From: Clostridia bacterium
GTDB taxonomy: Bacteria > Bacillota > Clostridia > Oscillospirales > CAG-272
NCBI GenBank assembly: GCA_017463065.1
Contig: JAFTPX010000046.1
Span: 18,836-82,835, forward strand
DNA length: 64,000 bases
Direction of reading: 5' to 3'
The notes under the pieces were generated by a model. The model searched no databases. It was not told the DNA's origin and was given only the letters and a program-made list of their open reading frames with translations. The translations under genes and the position numbers were made by a program. Below, one piece after another: positions 10,956 through 20,702 of this stretch. How positions within the stretch are numbered: position 1 is the stretch's first letter; each line of letters starts with the position of its first letter.

Positions 10956-10968
10956 TGAATATTATGCA
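10956..10968. promoter_or_regulatory. third ARG-box-like site just downstream of the argG promoter
   Basis: TGAATATTATGCA lies about 14 nt after the -10, where a bound repressor would block initiation. Confidence 0.4.
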
Positions 10969-11032
10969 ACCAAATTTTTCAATACGGTTGAGCGTGAAAT
11001 TTTGGGTTTGCTTATAGCAGGAGGAAAGAAAA

Positions 11033-12262
11033 ATGGATAAGAAAGATATTAAAAAGGTTGTACTCGCATATTCGGGTGGCTTGGATACGTCGATCATTAT
11101 TCCGTGGTTGAAGGAAAACTACAACAATTGCGAGGTGATTGCGGTCAGCGCAAACGTGGGACAGAACGACGAGCTGGAGGGCTTGGAAGAGAAGGCAATC
11201 AAAACGGGTGCCTCCAAGATCTACATCGAGGATCTGACCAACGAATTTGTGGACGAGTACGTGATCCCCACCATGATGGCGGGAGCGAAGTACGAGGAGT
11301 ATTTGCTGGGTACCTCCTTTGCCCGTCCCGTGATCGCAAAGCGTATCGTTGAGATCGCAAAGGCAGAGGGCGCTGACGCGATCTGCCATGGCTGTACGGG
11401 TAAGGGAAACGATCAGGTTCGCTTTGAGCTGACCATTAAGGCGTTTGCCCCCGATATGCCCATTATCGCTCCTTGGCGTGAGTGGAGCATCAAGTCCCGT
11501 GAGGAGGAGATCGAGTATGCGGAGGCGCATAACGTTCCTCTGAAGATCAACCGTGAGACCAACTATTCCAAGGACAAGAACCTGTGGCACCTGAGCCACG
11601 AGGGCTTGGATCTGGAGGATGCGGGCAATGAGCCTCTGTACGAGAAGAAGGGCTTCCTCGAAATGGGTGTTTCCCCCATCGACGCCCCCGACGTTCCTAC
11701 TTACATCACGCTGGACTTTGAGCAAGGTCGCCCTGTGGCGTTCAACGGCGAGAAGATGAGCGCAAAGGACATTATCCTCAATCTAAACAAGGTTGGCGGA
11801 GAAAACGGAATCGGTCTGTTGGATATCGTGGAGAACCGTTTGGTCGGTATGAAGTGCCGCGGTGTCTACGAGACCCCCGGCGGAGAGATTCTCTATGCGG
11901 CCCACAGCTATCTGGAGACCCTTTGTCTTGACAAGTACGTGATGCACAAGAAGGCAGAGCTTGCCGTAACCTTTGCCGATCTGGTTTACAACGGTCAGTG
12001 GTTTACCCCTCTGCGCGAGGCGCTGTCCGCTTTCGTGGATAAGACTCAGGAGAACGTGACGGGTAAGGTCAAGCTGAAGCTTTACAAGGGTAATATCATT
12101 AAGGCTGGTGCATGGAGCGACTACTCTCTGTATTCCGAGGAGATCGCAACCTTTGGCGAGGATCACGTCTACAATCAGGCGGATGCCACCGGCTTTATTA
12201 ACCTGTTCGGACTGCCCATCAAGGTTCAGGCGCAGGTCAACGAGAAAAACGGAAAAAACTAA
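11033..12262 (+). CDS. argG: argininosuccinate synthase
   Basis: 409 aa. N-terminal ATP-binding motif [21 protein letters not shown] upstream. Confidence 0.95.
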   Translation: MDKKDIKKVVLAYSGGLDTSIIIPWLKENYNNCEVIAVSANVGQNDELEGLEEKAIKTGASKIYIEDLTNEFVDEYVIPTMMAGAKYEEYLLGTSFARPVIAKRIVEIAKAEGADAICHGCTGKGNDQVRFELTIKAFAPDMPIIAPWREWSIKSREEEIEYAEAHNVPLKINRETNYSKDKNLWHLSHEGLDLEDAGNEPLYEKKGFLEMGVSPIDAPDVPTYITLDFEQGRPVAFNGEKMSAKDIILNLNKVGGENGIGLLDIVENRLVGMKCRGVYETPGGEILYAAHSYLETLCLDKYVMHKKAELAVTFADLVYNGQWFTPLREALSAFVDKTQENVTGKVKLKLYKGNIIKAGAWSDYSLYSEEIATFGEDHVYNQADATGFINLFGLPIKVQAQVNEKNGKN

Positions 12263-12274
12263 TTAGATAAACAC

Positions 12275-12308
12275 GTTTTGCCTGCCGCCGAAAGACGACA
12301 GGCAAAAC
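12275..12308 (+). promoter_or_regulatory. argG-argH intergenic stem-loop (no U-tract)
   Basis: GTTTTGCCTG-(14 nt)-CAGGCAAAAC, followed by CTGCATAAAAAAAG. Confidence 0.35.
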
Positions 12309-12344
12309 CTGCATAAAAAAAGAGAAAAAACGGGTAGATACAGT

Positions 12345-13721
12345 ATGGAAAAAATGTGGGCAGGCAGGTTTGCCAAGGCGTTGGACAGTAAGGCGGACGA
12401 TTTTAATTCGTCGATTCGCTTTGACTGTAAAATGTATAAGCAGGATATCTTGGGCTCCGTGGCGCACGCGCAGATGTTGGCGGCGCAGGGTATTTTGTCC
12501 GAGGCGGACTGCGAACAGATCGTAAACGGTCTTTGCGGAATTCTGGAGGATCTGGAGAAGGGAGCCCTTGCGTTTGATATGGATTGCGAGGATATCCATA
12601 TGTTTGTGGAGGCGGAGCTGACGGGGCGGATCGGTGATGCGGGAAAACGCTTGCATACTGCGAGAAGCCGTAACGATCAGGTGGCGGTGGATGTCAGAAT
12701 GTATTTGCGGGACGAGGCGGAGGAGATTACCTTGCTTCTGAAGCAGTTGGTAACCGATATCGTGGATCAGGCGGAGATGAACAAGGCGGTGATCCTGCCC
12801 GGCTATACCCATCTGCAGCGGGCACAGCCCATTACCTTCGGGCATCACCTGATGGCGTATGCTATGATGTTCCTGCGGGATCTGGGACGGCTTCGGGATG
12901 CCGCCGCGAGAATGAATTACTCACCCTTGGGCTCCTGCGCGCTGGCGGGAACCACCTATCCCACGAATCGCCGTATGGCGGCGGAGAAGCTGGGCTTTGA
13001 CGGGATTACCCTCAACAGCATTGACGGCGTATCCGACCGTGACTTTTGCATTGAATTTATGAGTGCCTTCTCCTTGATCATGATGCACCTTTCCCGCCTC
13101 TCCGAGGAGATCATTCTCTGGTCCAGCTGGGAATTCCGTTACGTGGAGCTGGACGATTCCTATACCACGGGCTCGTCCATCATGCCCCAAAAAAAGAACT
13201 CGGACATGGCAGAGCTGGTGCGGGGTAAGACGGGCAGAGTGTACGGTGACCTGATGACCCTTCTGACCCTGATGAAAGGCTTGCCTCTGGCGTACAACAA
13301 GGATATGCAGGAGGACAAGGAGGCGTTGTTTGACTCCATCGAGACGGTGAAAATGTGCTTGGATATTTTCGCCCCCATGATCCGTACCATGCGTGTCAAG
13401 GCGGACAATATGTACCGCGCGGCGCAGGAGGGCTTTATCAACGCCACCGATCTTGCCGATTATCTGACGAGAAAGGGAATGCCCTTCCGCAGCGCGTACA
13501 AGATCGTGGGTCAGATCGTTGCCGAGTGTATCGCCAGAAGCTGCGTGTTGGACAATCTTGCTATGGAGGAGTATCGGAAGTATACCGATCTGTTTGAGGA
13601 GGATTTGTATCATGAAATCGCATTGGAGACCTGCGTGAGCAAGCGGGTTTCCGAGGGAGGAACCTCGGTGGCATCGGTAGAGGCTCAGATCGATTTTGTA
13701 AGAAAGGAATTGCAAGCATGA
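12345..13721 (+). CDS. argH: argininosuccinate lyase
   Basis: 458 aa. Carries the fumarate-lyase signature GSSIMPQKKNSD. Confidence 0.95.
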   Translation: MEKMWAGRFAKALDSKADDFNSSIRFDCKMYKQDILGSVAHAQMLAAQGILSEADCEQIVNGLCGILEDLEKGALAFDMDCEDIHMFVEAELTGRIGDAGKRLHTARSRNDQVAVDVRMYLRDEAEEITLLLKQLVTDIVDQAEMNKAVILPGYTHLQRAQPITFGHHLMAYAMMFLRDLGRLRDAAARMNYSPLGSCALAGTTYPTNRRMAAEKLGFDGITLNSIDGVSDRDFCIEFMSAFSLIMMHLSRLSEEIILWSSWEFRYVELDDSYTTGSSIMPQKKNSDMAELVRGKTGRVYGDLMTLLTLMKGLPLAYNKDMQEDKEALFDSIETVKMCLDIFAPMIRTMRVKADNMYRAAQEGFINATDLADYLTRKGMPFRSAYKIVGQIVAECIARSCVLDNLAMEEYRKYTDLFEEDLYHEIALETCVSKRVSEGGTSVASVEAQIDFVRKELQA

Positions 13722-14647
13722 AAAAGGTGTTTATTGACGGTAGCGTGGGGACGACGGGCTTGAGAATTTACGAGCGTCTGACGAACCGTGCCGACGTGGA
13801 GCTGATGCTTCTTCCCGAGGAAGAGCGGAAGAACCCCGAGTCGAGAAAAAAAGCGTTGAATTCCTGCGATATCGCATTTCTTTGTCTGCCCGATCCCGCG
13901 GCAATGGAGGCGGTGGGTATGATCGAAAATCCCGACGTGACGGTAATCGACGCATCTACGGCGCACCGAACCAACGAGGGCTGGTGCTACGGCTTTCCCG
14001 AGCTGTCGGAGACTCTTGCCAAGGCTCTGCCCACGGCAAAGCGGATCGCGGTACCGGGCTGTCACGCAAGCGGATTCATTTCCTTGGTCTATCCTCTGAT
14101 CGAGGCAGGATTGCTGTCTCCCTCGCAAAAGCTGACCTGTCATTCCATTACGGGTTACAGCGGCGGCGGCAAGAAAATGATCGCCGATTACGAATCGGAG
14201 GAGGTCGATTTTCTTTTGGGCGCGCCCAGACAGTACGGACTGACCCAACAGCATAAGCATCTGAAGGAAATGAAGAAGATTACGGGCTTGGAGAGCGAGC
14301 CGATCTTCTGTCCTATCGTTTCGAATTTTTACAGCGGGATGACCGTAACCGTTCCATTGTTCGCTTCCGATCTGCAAAAAGGAACGATTGAGGATGTTCG
14401 CAAGATCTATCGAAAGAAATATAAGGGCAAGATCGTTTCTTACGTGGAGAGCGGAGACGAGTCAGGCTTTATTTCCGCTCACGCTGTGGCGCAGAAGGAT
14501 TCGATGAAAATTACGGTTGCAGGCAACGAGGAGCGGTTCTTGCTGATTGCCATGTATGACAATCTGGGCAAGGGCGCATCGGGCGCGGCTGTGGAATGCA
14601 TGAATACGGTTTTGGGTGTTGCGCCCGAGACGGGATTGGAATTATAA
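13718..14647 (+). CDS. argC: N-acetyl-gamma-glutamyl-phosphate reductase (short type)
   Basis: 309 aa. ATGA overlap with the argH stop. Catalytic Cys context AVPGCHASG. Confidence 0.9.
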   Translation: MKKVFIDGSVGTTGLRIYERLTNRADVELMLLPEEERKNPESRKKALNSCDIAFLCLPDPAAMEAVGMIENPDVTVIDASTAHRTNEGWCYGFPELSETLAKALPTAKRIAVPGCHASGFISLVYPLIEAGLLSPSQKLTCHSITGYSGGGKKMIADYESEEVDFLLGAPRQYGLTQQHKHLKEMKKITGLESEPIFCPIVSNFYSGMTVTVPLFASDLQKGTIEDVRKIYRKKYKGKIVSYVESGDESGFISAHAVAQKDSMKITVAGNEERFLLIAMYDNLGKGASGAAVECMNTVLGVAPETGLEL

Positions 14648-14666
14648 ATACGGAAGGAATCAAACA

Positions 14667-15878
14667 ATGAAACAGATAAACGGCGGCGTTTGTGCCGCAC
14701 AGGGCTTTGTGGCAAACGGAATTCATTGCGGAATTCGAAAAAACAAGGCCAAGCGAGACCTTGCCTTGATTTACAGCGAGGTTCCCGCAGCAGCCGCGGC
14801 AGTATATACGCAGAATCTGGTGAAGGGTGCCCCCCTGACGGTGACCAAGGAGCATATTGCTGACGGTCGCGCCCAGGCAATGATTTGTAACAGTGGCAAC
14901 GCCAACACCTGCAACGCAAACGGCATTGAGATCGCCGAGCAGATGAGCGAGCTTCTGGCGAAGGAGCTAAAGATTTCCCCCAAGGACGTGATCGTGGCAT
15001 CTACGGGTGTCATTGGTCAGCCTTTGAACATTACCCCGATTTCCGAGGGAATTCCTTCCTTGGTGGCGGGTCTGGGCAATCACAGCCATTACGCCTGCGA
15101 GGGAATTATGACCACCGATACCAAGGTCAAGGAGATCGCTTTTTCCTTTGAGATCGGTGGCGTGACCTGCCATATCGGCGGTATTGCCAAGGGAAGCGGT
15201 ATGATCCATCCCAATATGGCAACCATGCTGGTGTTCGTGACAACCGACTGCGCGATTACCGCGGATATGCTTGCCAAGGCATTGGGACAGGATGTCAAGA
15301 CCTCCTTTAACATGGTCAGCGTGGACGGAGACACCTCTACCAACGACATGGTTTCGATTATGGCGAACGGATTGGCGGATAACCCCGTCATTGCGCAGGA
15401 GGGCGGGGCATTTGATACCTTCTGTGAAGCCCTTCACGGCGTAACGGCATATCTGTGCCGTATGATCGCGGGAGATGGCGAGGGCGCAACCAAGCTGTTG
15501 GAGTGCGTGGTAACGGGTGCCGTGGATGAGGAAAACGCCAAGATCGTTGCGAAATCGGTCATTTGCTCGTCCTTGTTTAAGGCGGCAATGTTTGGGGCCG
15601 ATGCCAACTGGGGACGTGTGCTTTGCGCCATCGGCTACAGCGGCGCGGCCGTGGACATTCACGCCGTGGACGTAGCGTTCCGCTCCGCCAAGGGCGAAAT
15701 TGCGGTTTGCAAAAACGGCGCGGGTATTCCGTTTTCCGAGGAAAAGGCAAAGGAAATTTTGCTGGAAAGCGAGATCCGGATTTTGATTGAACTCAATGGC
15801 GGCAACGGAACGGCAACCGCTTGGGGCTGTGATCTGACCTACGATTACGTCAAGATCAACGGCGATTACAGAACGTGA
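14667..15878 (+). CDS. argJ: bifunctional ornithine acetyltransferase / N-acetylglutamate synthase
   Basis: Track start 14616 trimmed to ATG 14667 (GGAAGGAAT RBS). Autoproteolysis site context PNMATMLVFVTTD. Confidence 0.93.
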   Translation: MKQINGGVCAAQGFVANGIHCGIRKNKAKRDLALIYSEVPAAAAAVYTQNLVKGAPLTVTKEHIADGRAQAMICNSGNANTCNANGIEIAEQMSELLAKELKISPKDVIVASTGVIGQPLNITPISEGIPSLVAGLGNHSHYACEGIMTTDTKVKEIAFSFEIGGVTCHIGGIAKGSGMIHPNMATMLVFVTTDCAITADMLAKALGQDVKTSFNMVSVDGDTSTNDMVSIMANGLADNPVIAQEGGAFDTFCEALHGVTAYLCRMIAGDGEGATKLLECVVTGAVDEENAKIVAKSVICSSLFKAAMFGADANWGRVLCAIGYSGAAVDIHAVDVAFRSAKGEIAVCKNGAGIPFSEEKAKEILLESEIRILIELNGGNGTATAWGCDLTYDYVKINGDYRT

Positions 15879-15889
15879 TAGGAGCAGTT

Positions 15890-16771
15890 ATGGATATCAA
15901 TAACGCACAGCGTGCCCAAATTTTAGTTGAGGCATTGCCGTATATTCAAAAATACTACAACAAGATCATCGTGGTCAAGTACGGTGGCAACGCCATGATC
16001 AACGACGACCTCAAGGAAGCCGTCATGGGAGATATCGTTCTGCTTTCTCTCATCGGAATCAAGGTGGTTCTGGTTCACGGTGGCGGTCCCGAAATTACCG
16101 ATATGCTCGGTAAGGTGGGAAAGAAGACAGAATTCGTCAACGGTCTGCGTGTGACGGATCAGGAATCCATGGATATCGTTCAAATGGTTCTGGCGGGTAA
16201 GATCAACAAAAATCTGGTGAATCTGCTTCAGAATAAGGGCGGCAAGGCAATCGGTCTTTGCGGCATCGACGGTCACATGATTAAGGCGGAGCGGATGGAT
16301 GAGCGTCTGGGCTTTGTGGGTGAGATCACCGACGTGAACGTTCAACCCATTTTGGACGTGCTGGAGAAGGGATACATTCCCGTGGTCTCCACCGTAGGAT
16401 ATGACAAAGAGGGAAATACCTATAATATCAACGCGGATACGGCGGCGGCAAGAATTGCGGGTGCATTGAAGTGCGAGAGCTTGATCTCCATGACAGACAT
16501 CGACGGCATTTTGCGGGACAAGAACGATCCCACCACGCTGATCTCCAAGATCAACGTCAGCGACGCGCCGCAGTTGATCCGCGAGGGTGTCATCAGCGGC
16601 GGTATGATCCCCAAGATTAATTGCTGTATCGAGGCGATCCGTCAAGGGGTACACAAGGTGTTTGTTATCGACGGACGAATTCCACACGCCATCTTAATTG
16701 AAACGCTGACCGATGAAGGAATCGGAACTATGTTTGTATCGGGGAATCATTATGAACGTAAAAAAGCTTGA
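15890..16771 (+). CDS. argB: acetylglutamate kinase
   Basis: Start trimmed to ATG 15890 (AGGAG RBS). Amino-acid-kinase motifs are present: VVKYGGNAM, VLVHGGGPEI. Confidence 0.93.
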   Translation: MDINNAQRAQILVEALPYIQKYYNKIIVVKYGGNAMINDDLKEAVMGDIVLLSLIGIKVVLVHGGGPEITDMLGKVGKKTEFVNGLRVTDQESMDIVQMVLAGKINKNLVNLLQNKGGKAIGLCGIDGHMIKAERMDERLGFVGEITDVNVQPILDVLEKGYIPVVSTVGYDKEGNTYNINADTAAARIAGALKCESLISMTDIDGILRDKNDPTTLISKINVSDAPQLIREGVISGGMIPKINCCIEAIRQGVHKVFVIDGRIPHAILIETLTDEGIGTMFVSGNHYERKKA

Positions 16772-17915
16772 CGGGGAGTATATTGCTCCTACCTACGCGC
16801 GGTTTCCGCTTTGCCTTGTGGCAGGAAACGGCTCGAGGGTTTCGGATGAAAACGGAAAGGAATATATCGATCTCGGCACGGGGATTGCCGTCAACAGTTT
16901 TGGCGTGGCGGACAAGGAATGGATCGCGGCGGTGACGGAGCAGCTGGGTAAGATCCAGCACACCTCCAATCTGTATTACAGCGAGCCCTGCGCTCTCCTT
17001 GCCGAGCAGCTTTGCCTGCGGACGGGAATGAAGAAGGTCTTTTTCTCCAACTCGGGGGCTGAGGCGAACGAGTGCGCCATCAAGGCGGCAAGAAAATACG
17101 GCGAGAGCAAGAAGGGGAAGGAATACACCACCATCATCACCCTTCGCGACAGCTTCCACGGAAGAACCATTACCACTCTTGCCGCAACGGGGCAGGAGGT
17201 GTTCCACGGAGACTTTTTGCCGCTGACTGCGGGATTTGTCCATGCGGAGGCGAACAATCTGGAGGACGTCAGACGTCTTGCGGAGGAGCATCCTTGCTGT
17301 GCTGTGATGTTCGAGGTGGTGCAGGGCGAGGGCGGCGTTCGTCCTTTGACCAAGGAATTCGTGCAGGGGCTTCGGGTGCTGGCAGAGGAAAAGGATCTTC
17401 TGCTGATCGCCGACGAGGTTCAGACGGGAAACGGCCGTACGGGGATGCTTTACGGCTATATGAATTTTGATATCCTGCCCGATATCGTAAGCACGGCAAA
17501 GGGATTGGGGGGCGGCTTGCCCATCGGTGCTACCATACTGGGCGAAAAGGTTGCCGATATTCTCGGCGCGGGGATGCACGGCTCTACCTTTGGGGGCAAT
17601 CCCATTTGTTGCGCGGGTGCCCTGAACGTTCTTTCCCGCATTGACGATCGTTTGCTGGAGGGTGTCAGAGCTCGCAGTCAATATATTTTTGACGAGCTGT
17701 CGGGTGCACAGGGAATCCGAAGCGTCAGCGGTATGGGATTGATGATTGGAATTGAGTGCGAGAAATCTGCCTCGGAGGTGATCGACGGTTGCCGCCAGAG
17801 AGGTGTGTTGGTTATCAAGGCAAAGCAGAAGGTTCGACTTTTGCCCGCATTGAATATCGATATGGAAGAGTTGAAGAACGCAATTGGAATTTTGAAGGAG
17901 GTATGCGCGCAATGA
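16752..17915 (+). CDS. argD: acetylornithine aminotransferase
   Basis: Start taken as ATG 16752, a 20-nt overlap with the argB end; the alternative start is 16713. Class III aminotransferase blocks are present: FFSNSGAEANE, DEVQTGNGRTG, STAKGLGGG. Confidence 0.9.
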   Translation: MNVKKLDGEYIAPTYARFPLCLVAGNGSRVSDENGKEYIDLGTGIAVNSFGVADKEWIAAVTEQLGKIQHTSNLYYSEPCALLAEQLCLRTGMKKVFFSNSGAEANECAIKAARKYGESKKGKEYTTIITLRDSFHGRTITTLAATGQEVFHGDFLPLTAGFVHAEANNLEDVRRLAEEHPCCAVMFEVVQGEGGVRPLTKEFVQGLRVLAEEKDLLLIADEVQTGNGRTGMLYGYMNFDILPDIVSTAKGLGGGLPIGATILGEKVADILGAGMHGSTFGGNPICCAGALNVLSRIDDRLLEGVRARSQYIFDELSGAQGIRSVSGMGLMIGIECEKSASEVIDGCRQRGVLVIKAKQKVRLLPALNIDMEELKNAIGILKEVCAQ

Positions 17916-18814
17916 AGCATTTGTTGAAGCTGATGGATTGGTCGGAAAAGGAGATCACCGAGGTTCTCAATCTGGCGGATCAGTTGAAATATGAAAAGAA
18001 AAACGGGATCAAGCATCATATTCTGAAGGGAAAAACCTTGGGAATGATCTTTGAGAAGTCCTCGACCAGAACCCGTGTATCCTTTGAGGTGGGTATGTAC
18101 GATCTGGGAGGCTCCGCGCTGTTCCTTAGCTCCCGCGATCTGCAGATCGGACGGGGTGAGCCCGTGGAGGATACCGCGAGAGTGCTCTCCCGCTACCTTG
18201 ACGGTATCATGATCCGTACCTTTGGGCAGGAAGAGGTAGAGAAGCTGGCGGAGTGCGGCTCCATTCCGATCATTAACGGTCTGACCGACTATTGCCACCC
18301 CTGTCAGGTTCTTGCTGATCTGATGACCATCCGGGAGTACAAGGGTACCATCAAGGGCAATAAGCTGTGCTATATCGGAGATGGCAATAACATGACCAAC
18401 TCCCTGATCGTTGGCGGTATCAAGATGGGAATGACGGTGTCTGTGGCTTGTCCAAAGGGCTATGAGCCCGATGCCGAGATCATGAAATGGGCGGCTCAAA
18501 CGGGTCGCTTTACCTGCACCGATGACGTGCTGGAAGCGGCGAAGGATGCGGACGTGCTTTGCACCGATGTATGGGCATCCATGGGTCAGGAGGCGGAAGC
18601 CGAGGAAAGAAAGAAGATATTCTGTGGATACCAGATCAATGCCGACGTGATGGCGGTTGCCAAGAGCGACGCAATGGTTCTGCATTGCCTCCCCGCTCAC
18701 CGTGAGGAGGAGATCACCGCAGAGGTGTTTGAGGCTCACGCAAATGAGATCTTTGACGAGGCGGAAAACCGACTGCACGCTCAAAAAGCCGTTCTTGTCA
18801 AGTGCTTGTCGTAA
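17912..18814 (+). CDS. argF: ornithine carbamoyltransferase
   Basis: ATG 17912 overlaps the argD stop (ATGA). Motifs SSTRTRVSFE, HPCQVLADL, DVWASMG and HCLPAHR are present. 300 aa. Confidence 0.93.
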   Translation: MKHLLKLMDWSEKEITEVLNLADQLKYEKKNGIKHHILKGKTLGMIFEKSSTRTRVSFEVGMYDLGGSALFLSSRDLQIGRGEPVEDTARVLSRYLDGIMIRTFGQEEVEKLAECGSIPIINGLTDYCHPCQVLADLMTIREYKGTIKGNKLCYIGDGNNMTNSLIVGGIKMGMTVSVACPKGYEPDAEIMKWAAQTGRFTCTDDVLEAAKDADVLCTDVWASMGQEAEAEERKKIFCGYQINADVMAVAKSDAMVLHCLPAHREEEITAEVFEAHANEIFDEAENRLHAQKAVLVKCLS

Positions 18815-18868
18815 GCGTCCATGGCAGGGATTATACAGAATTGACAATCAACTGTTATGTTTGTTGTG

Positions 18869-18902
18869 CAAAATGCCGTATTTAAAAAAATGCGGCATTT
18901 TG
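18869..18902 (+). terminator. terminator after the arg operon
   Basis: CAAAATGCCG-(14 nt A-rich loop)-CGGCATTTTG, then TCTT. Confidence 0.6.
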
Positions 18903-18904
18903 TC

Positions 18905-18933
18905 TTGACAAAAAAATTGTTTTTGAGTATAAT
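18905..18933 (+). promoter_or_regulatory. sigma-A promoter of the T-box/trpB unit
   Basis: TTGACA (18905-18910), 17 nt, TATAAT (18928-18933). Confidence 0.85.
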
Positions 18934-18944
18934 TTTCGTATAGA

Positions 18945-19205
18945 AACCTATGATTAAGAGGAGTAGCTGATCGAATCGGTTACAGAGAGCCGCTGGCGGT
19001 GGAAATGCGGTATCGTAATTTCAGTGAATGGACTTATGAGGGCGGTCGAAAGAGCGGAAACGTCTTGAGTAGTACCCGACGGAAGCCGAAGCCGTTATCG
19101 TTCGGAGTTGCTGAAGGGCAACGCAAAGTGGATGCTATGGCATCAATCACGGGTGGTACCGCAGGATTTCCTGTCCCTGAGCTTGGGGGCAGTTTTTTTG
19201 TTTTT
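18945..19205 (+). promoter_or_regulatory. T-box riboswitch leader, tryptophan (UGG) specifier
   Basis: Elements seen:
- GAGTA K-turn region.
- AGAGAG at 18984-18989.
- GGTGGAAA at 18998-19005.
- Specifier loop GAA-TGG-A, with TGG at 19029-19031.
- Stem III GATGC-TATG-GCATC.
- T-box CACGGGTGGTACCGC at 19148-19162.
- Terminator CTGTCCC-TGAGCTT-GGGGCAG plus T7 at 19171-19205. Confidence 0.9.
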
Positions 19206-19309
19206 GGAGGACGGAATGTTGACGGTCGGAAAACGATGGCGAGGCTCGGTCTTTCCTTAATAAAGCGGAACGCAATTGAATCAATCATGAATTTATAATT
19301 TAGGGGGAT

Positions 19310-20533
19310 ATGATGAAAATTAACGGAGTGGATTTTGATACTTATTTTAACAACTATCCTGACAAGGACGGGTATTTTGGAAAATACGGCGGTGTCTATA
19401 TTGACGAAAAGCTGAAGGAGGCAATGGCGGAAATTACGGAGGCGTACTATTCGATCTGCCAGTCCAGAAAATTTATCGCCGAGCTTCGCCGAATCCGCAA
19501 GGAATTCCAAGGCAGACCGACTCCCGTGACTCATCTGGAGCGCCTGTCGGATTCTCTTGGGGGTAAGGTTCAGCTCTACGCCAAGCGTGAGGATCTGAAC
19601 CATTCGGGTGCCCACAAGCTGAATCACTGCATGGGAGAAGCCCTTCTTGCCAAGTATATGGGCAAGAAAAAGGTCATTGCCGAAACAGGGGCGGGACAGC
19701 ATGGCGTTGCGCTTGCCACCGCGGCGGCGTATTATGGATTGAAATGTGACATTTATATGGGCTCTGTGGATATCAAGAAGCAGGCACCCAACGTGGCAAG
19801 AATGAGGATCCTCGGCGCAAACGTGGTGGAGGTTACCCACGGTCTGCAGACACTGAAGGAAGCGGTTGACGCAGCGTTTGACGCATACAGCAAGGAATAC
19901 AAGGATTCGATCTATTGTATCGGATCGGTTCTCGGTCCGCACCCCTTCCCGATGATGGTTCGTGATTTCCAGAGTGTCGTTGGTATTGAGGCAAGAGAGC
20001 AGTTTATCGATATGACGGGACATTTGCCCAGCGCGATTGTCGCTTGTGTGGGCGGCGGCTCCAATGCGGCAGGACTGTTTGCGGGATTTTTGAACGATCC
20101 TGTGGACATTTACGGCATTGAGCCCTTGGGAAGAGGACCGAAGCTTGGCGACCACGCCGCCAGCCTGAAGTACGGTACGGAGGGAATTATGCACGGCTTC
20201 AACAGCATTATGCTGAAGGACGAGAACGGCGATCCCGCTCCCGTTTATTCCGTGGCAAGCGGCTTGGACTATCCTTCCTCGGGACCTGAACACGCGTTTC
20301 TACAGGAGATCGGCAGAGTCAAATACGACGTGATCGACGACGAGGAGACCATCGACGCCTTCTATAAGCTTTCCCGTCTAGAGGGTATCATTCCCGCCAT
20401 CGAAAGCTCCCATGCGGTTGCCTTCGGCATGAAGCTCGCCAAGACCATGGATCACGGCTCGGTGCTGATCAACCTCTCGGGCAGAGGCGATAAGGATATG
20501 GATTACGTCATCGAAAACTACGGAATCCGATAA
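19310..20533 (+). CDS. trpB: tryptophan synthase beta chain (stand-alone)
   Basis: 407 aa. Motifs: [12 protein letters not shown]-lysine context [28 protein letters not shown] upstream. No trpA is adjacent. Confidence 0.9.
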   Translation: MMKINGVDFDTYFNNYPDKDGYFGKYGGVYIDEKLKEAMAEITEAYYSICQSRKFIAELRRIRKEFQGRPTPVTHLERLSDSLGGKVQLYAKREDLNHSGAHKLNHCMGEALLAKYMGKKKVIAETGAGQHGVALATAAAYYGLKCDIYMGSVDIKKQAPNVARMRILGANVVEVTHGLQTLKEAVDAAFDAYSKEYKDSIYCIGSVLGPHPFPMMVRDFQSVVGIEAREQFIDMTGHLPSAIVACVGGGSNAAGLFAGFLNDPVDIYGIEPLGRGPKLGDHAASLKYGTEGIMHGFNSIMLKDENGDPAPVYSVASGLDYPSSGPEHAFLQEIGRVKYDVIDDEETIDAFYKLSRLEGIIPAIESSHAVAFGMKLAKTMDHGSVLINLSGRGDKDMDYVIENYGIR

Positions 20534-20541
20534 GATCAATC

Positions 20542-20588
20542 AAAAACCGCTTATGGGAAATTTTTTCATAAGCGGTTTTTGATTTTTT
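20542..20588 (+). terminator. intrinsic terminator after trpB
   Basis: AAAAACCGCTTATG-(11 nt)-CATAAGCGGTTTTT, followed by GATTTTTT. Confidence 0.9.
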
Positions 20589-20618
20589 CAAAGCTTTCTC
20601 CGAAAATCTTCAAAACGC

Positions 20619-20647
20619 TTGCAATCGGGGCGAAAAAGGTGTATAAT
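20619..20647 (+). promoter_or_regulatory. sigma-A promoter
   Basis: TTGCAA (20619-20624), 17 nt, TATAAT (20642-20647), with a TG immediately upstream. Confidence 0.7.
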
Positions 20648-20702
20648 ATAAATATTGTGAATATTTGGGAGAGATCCCATTGAAAAAGAAAGGAAAACGA
20701 AT

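Noticed and set aside
18999-19298. A 99-aa ORF upstream of trpB
   Set aside because: It lies entirely within the T-box leader, which has all canonical RNA motifs. It has no RBS. The region is an RNA element, not coding sequence.
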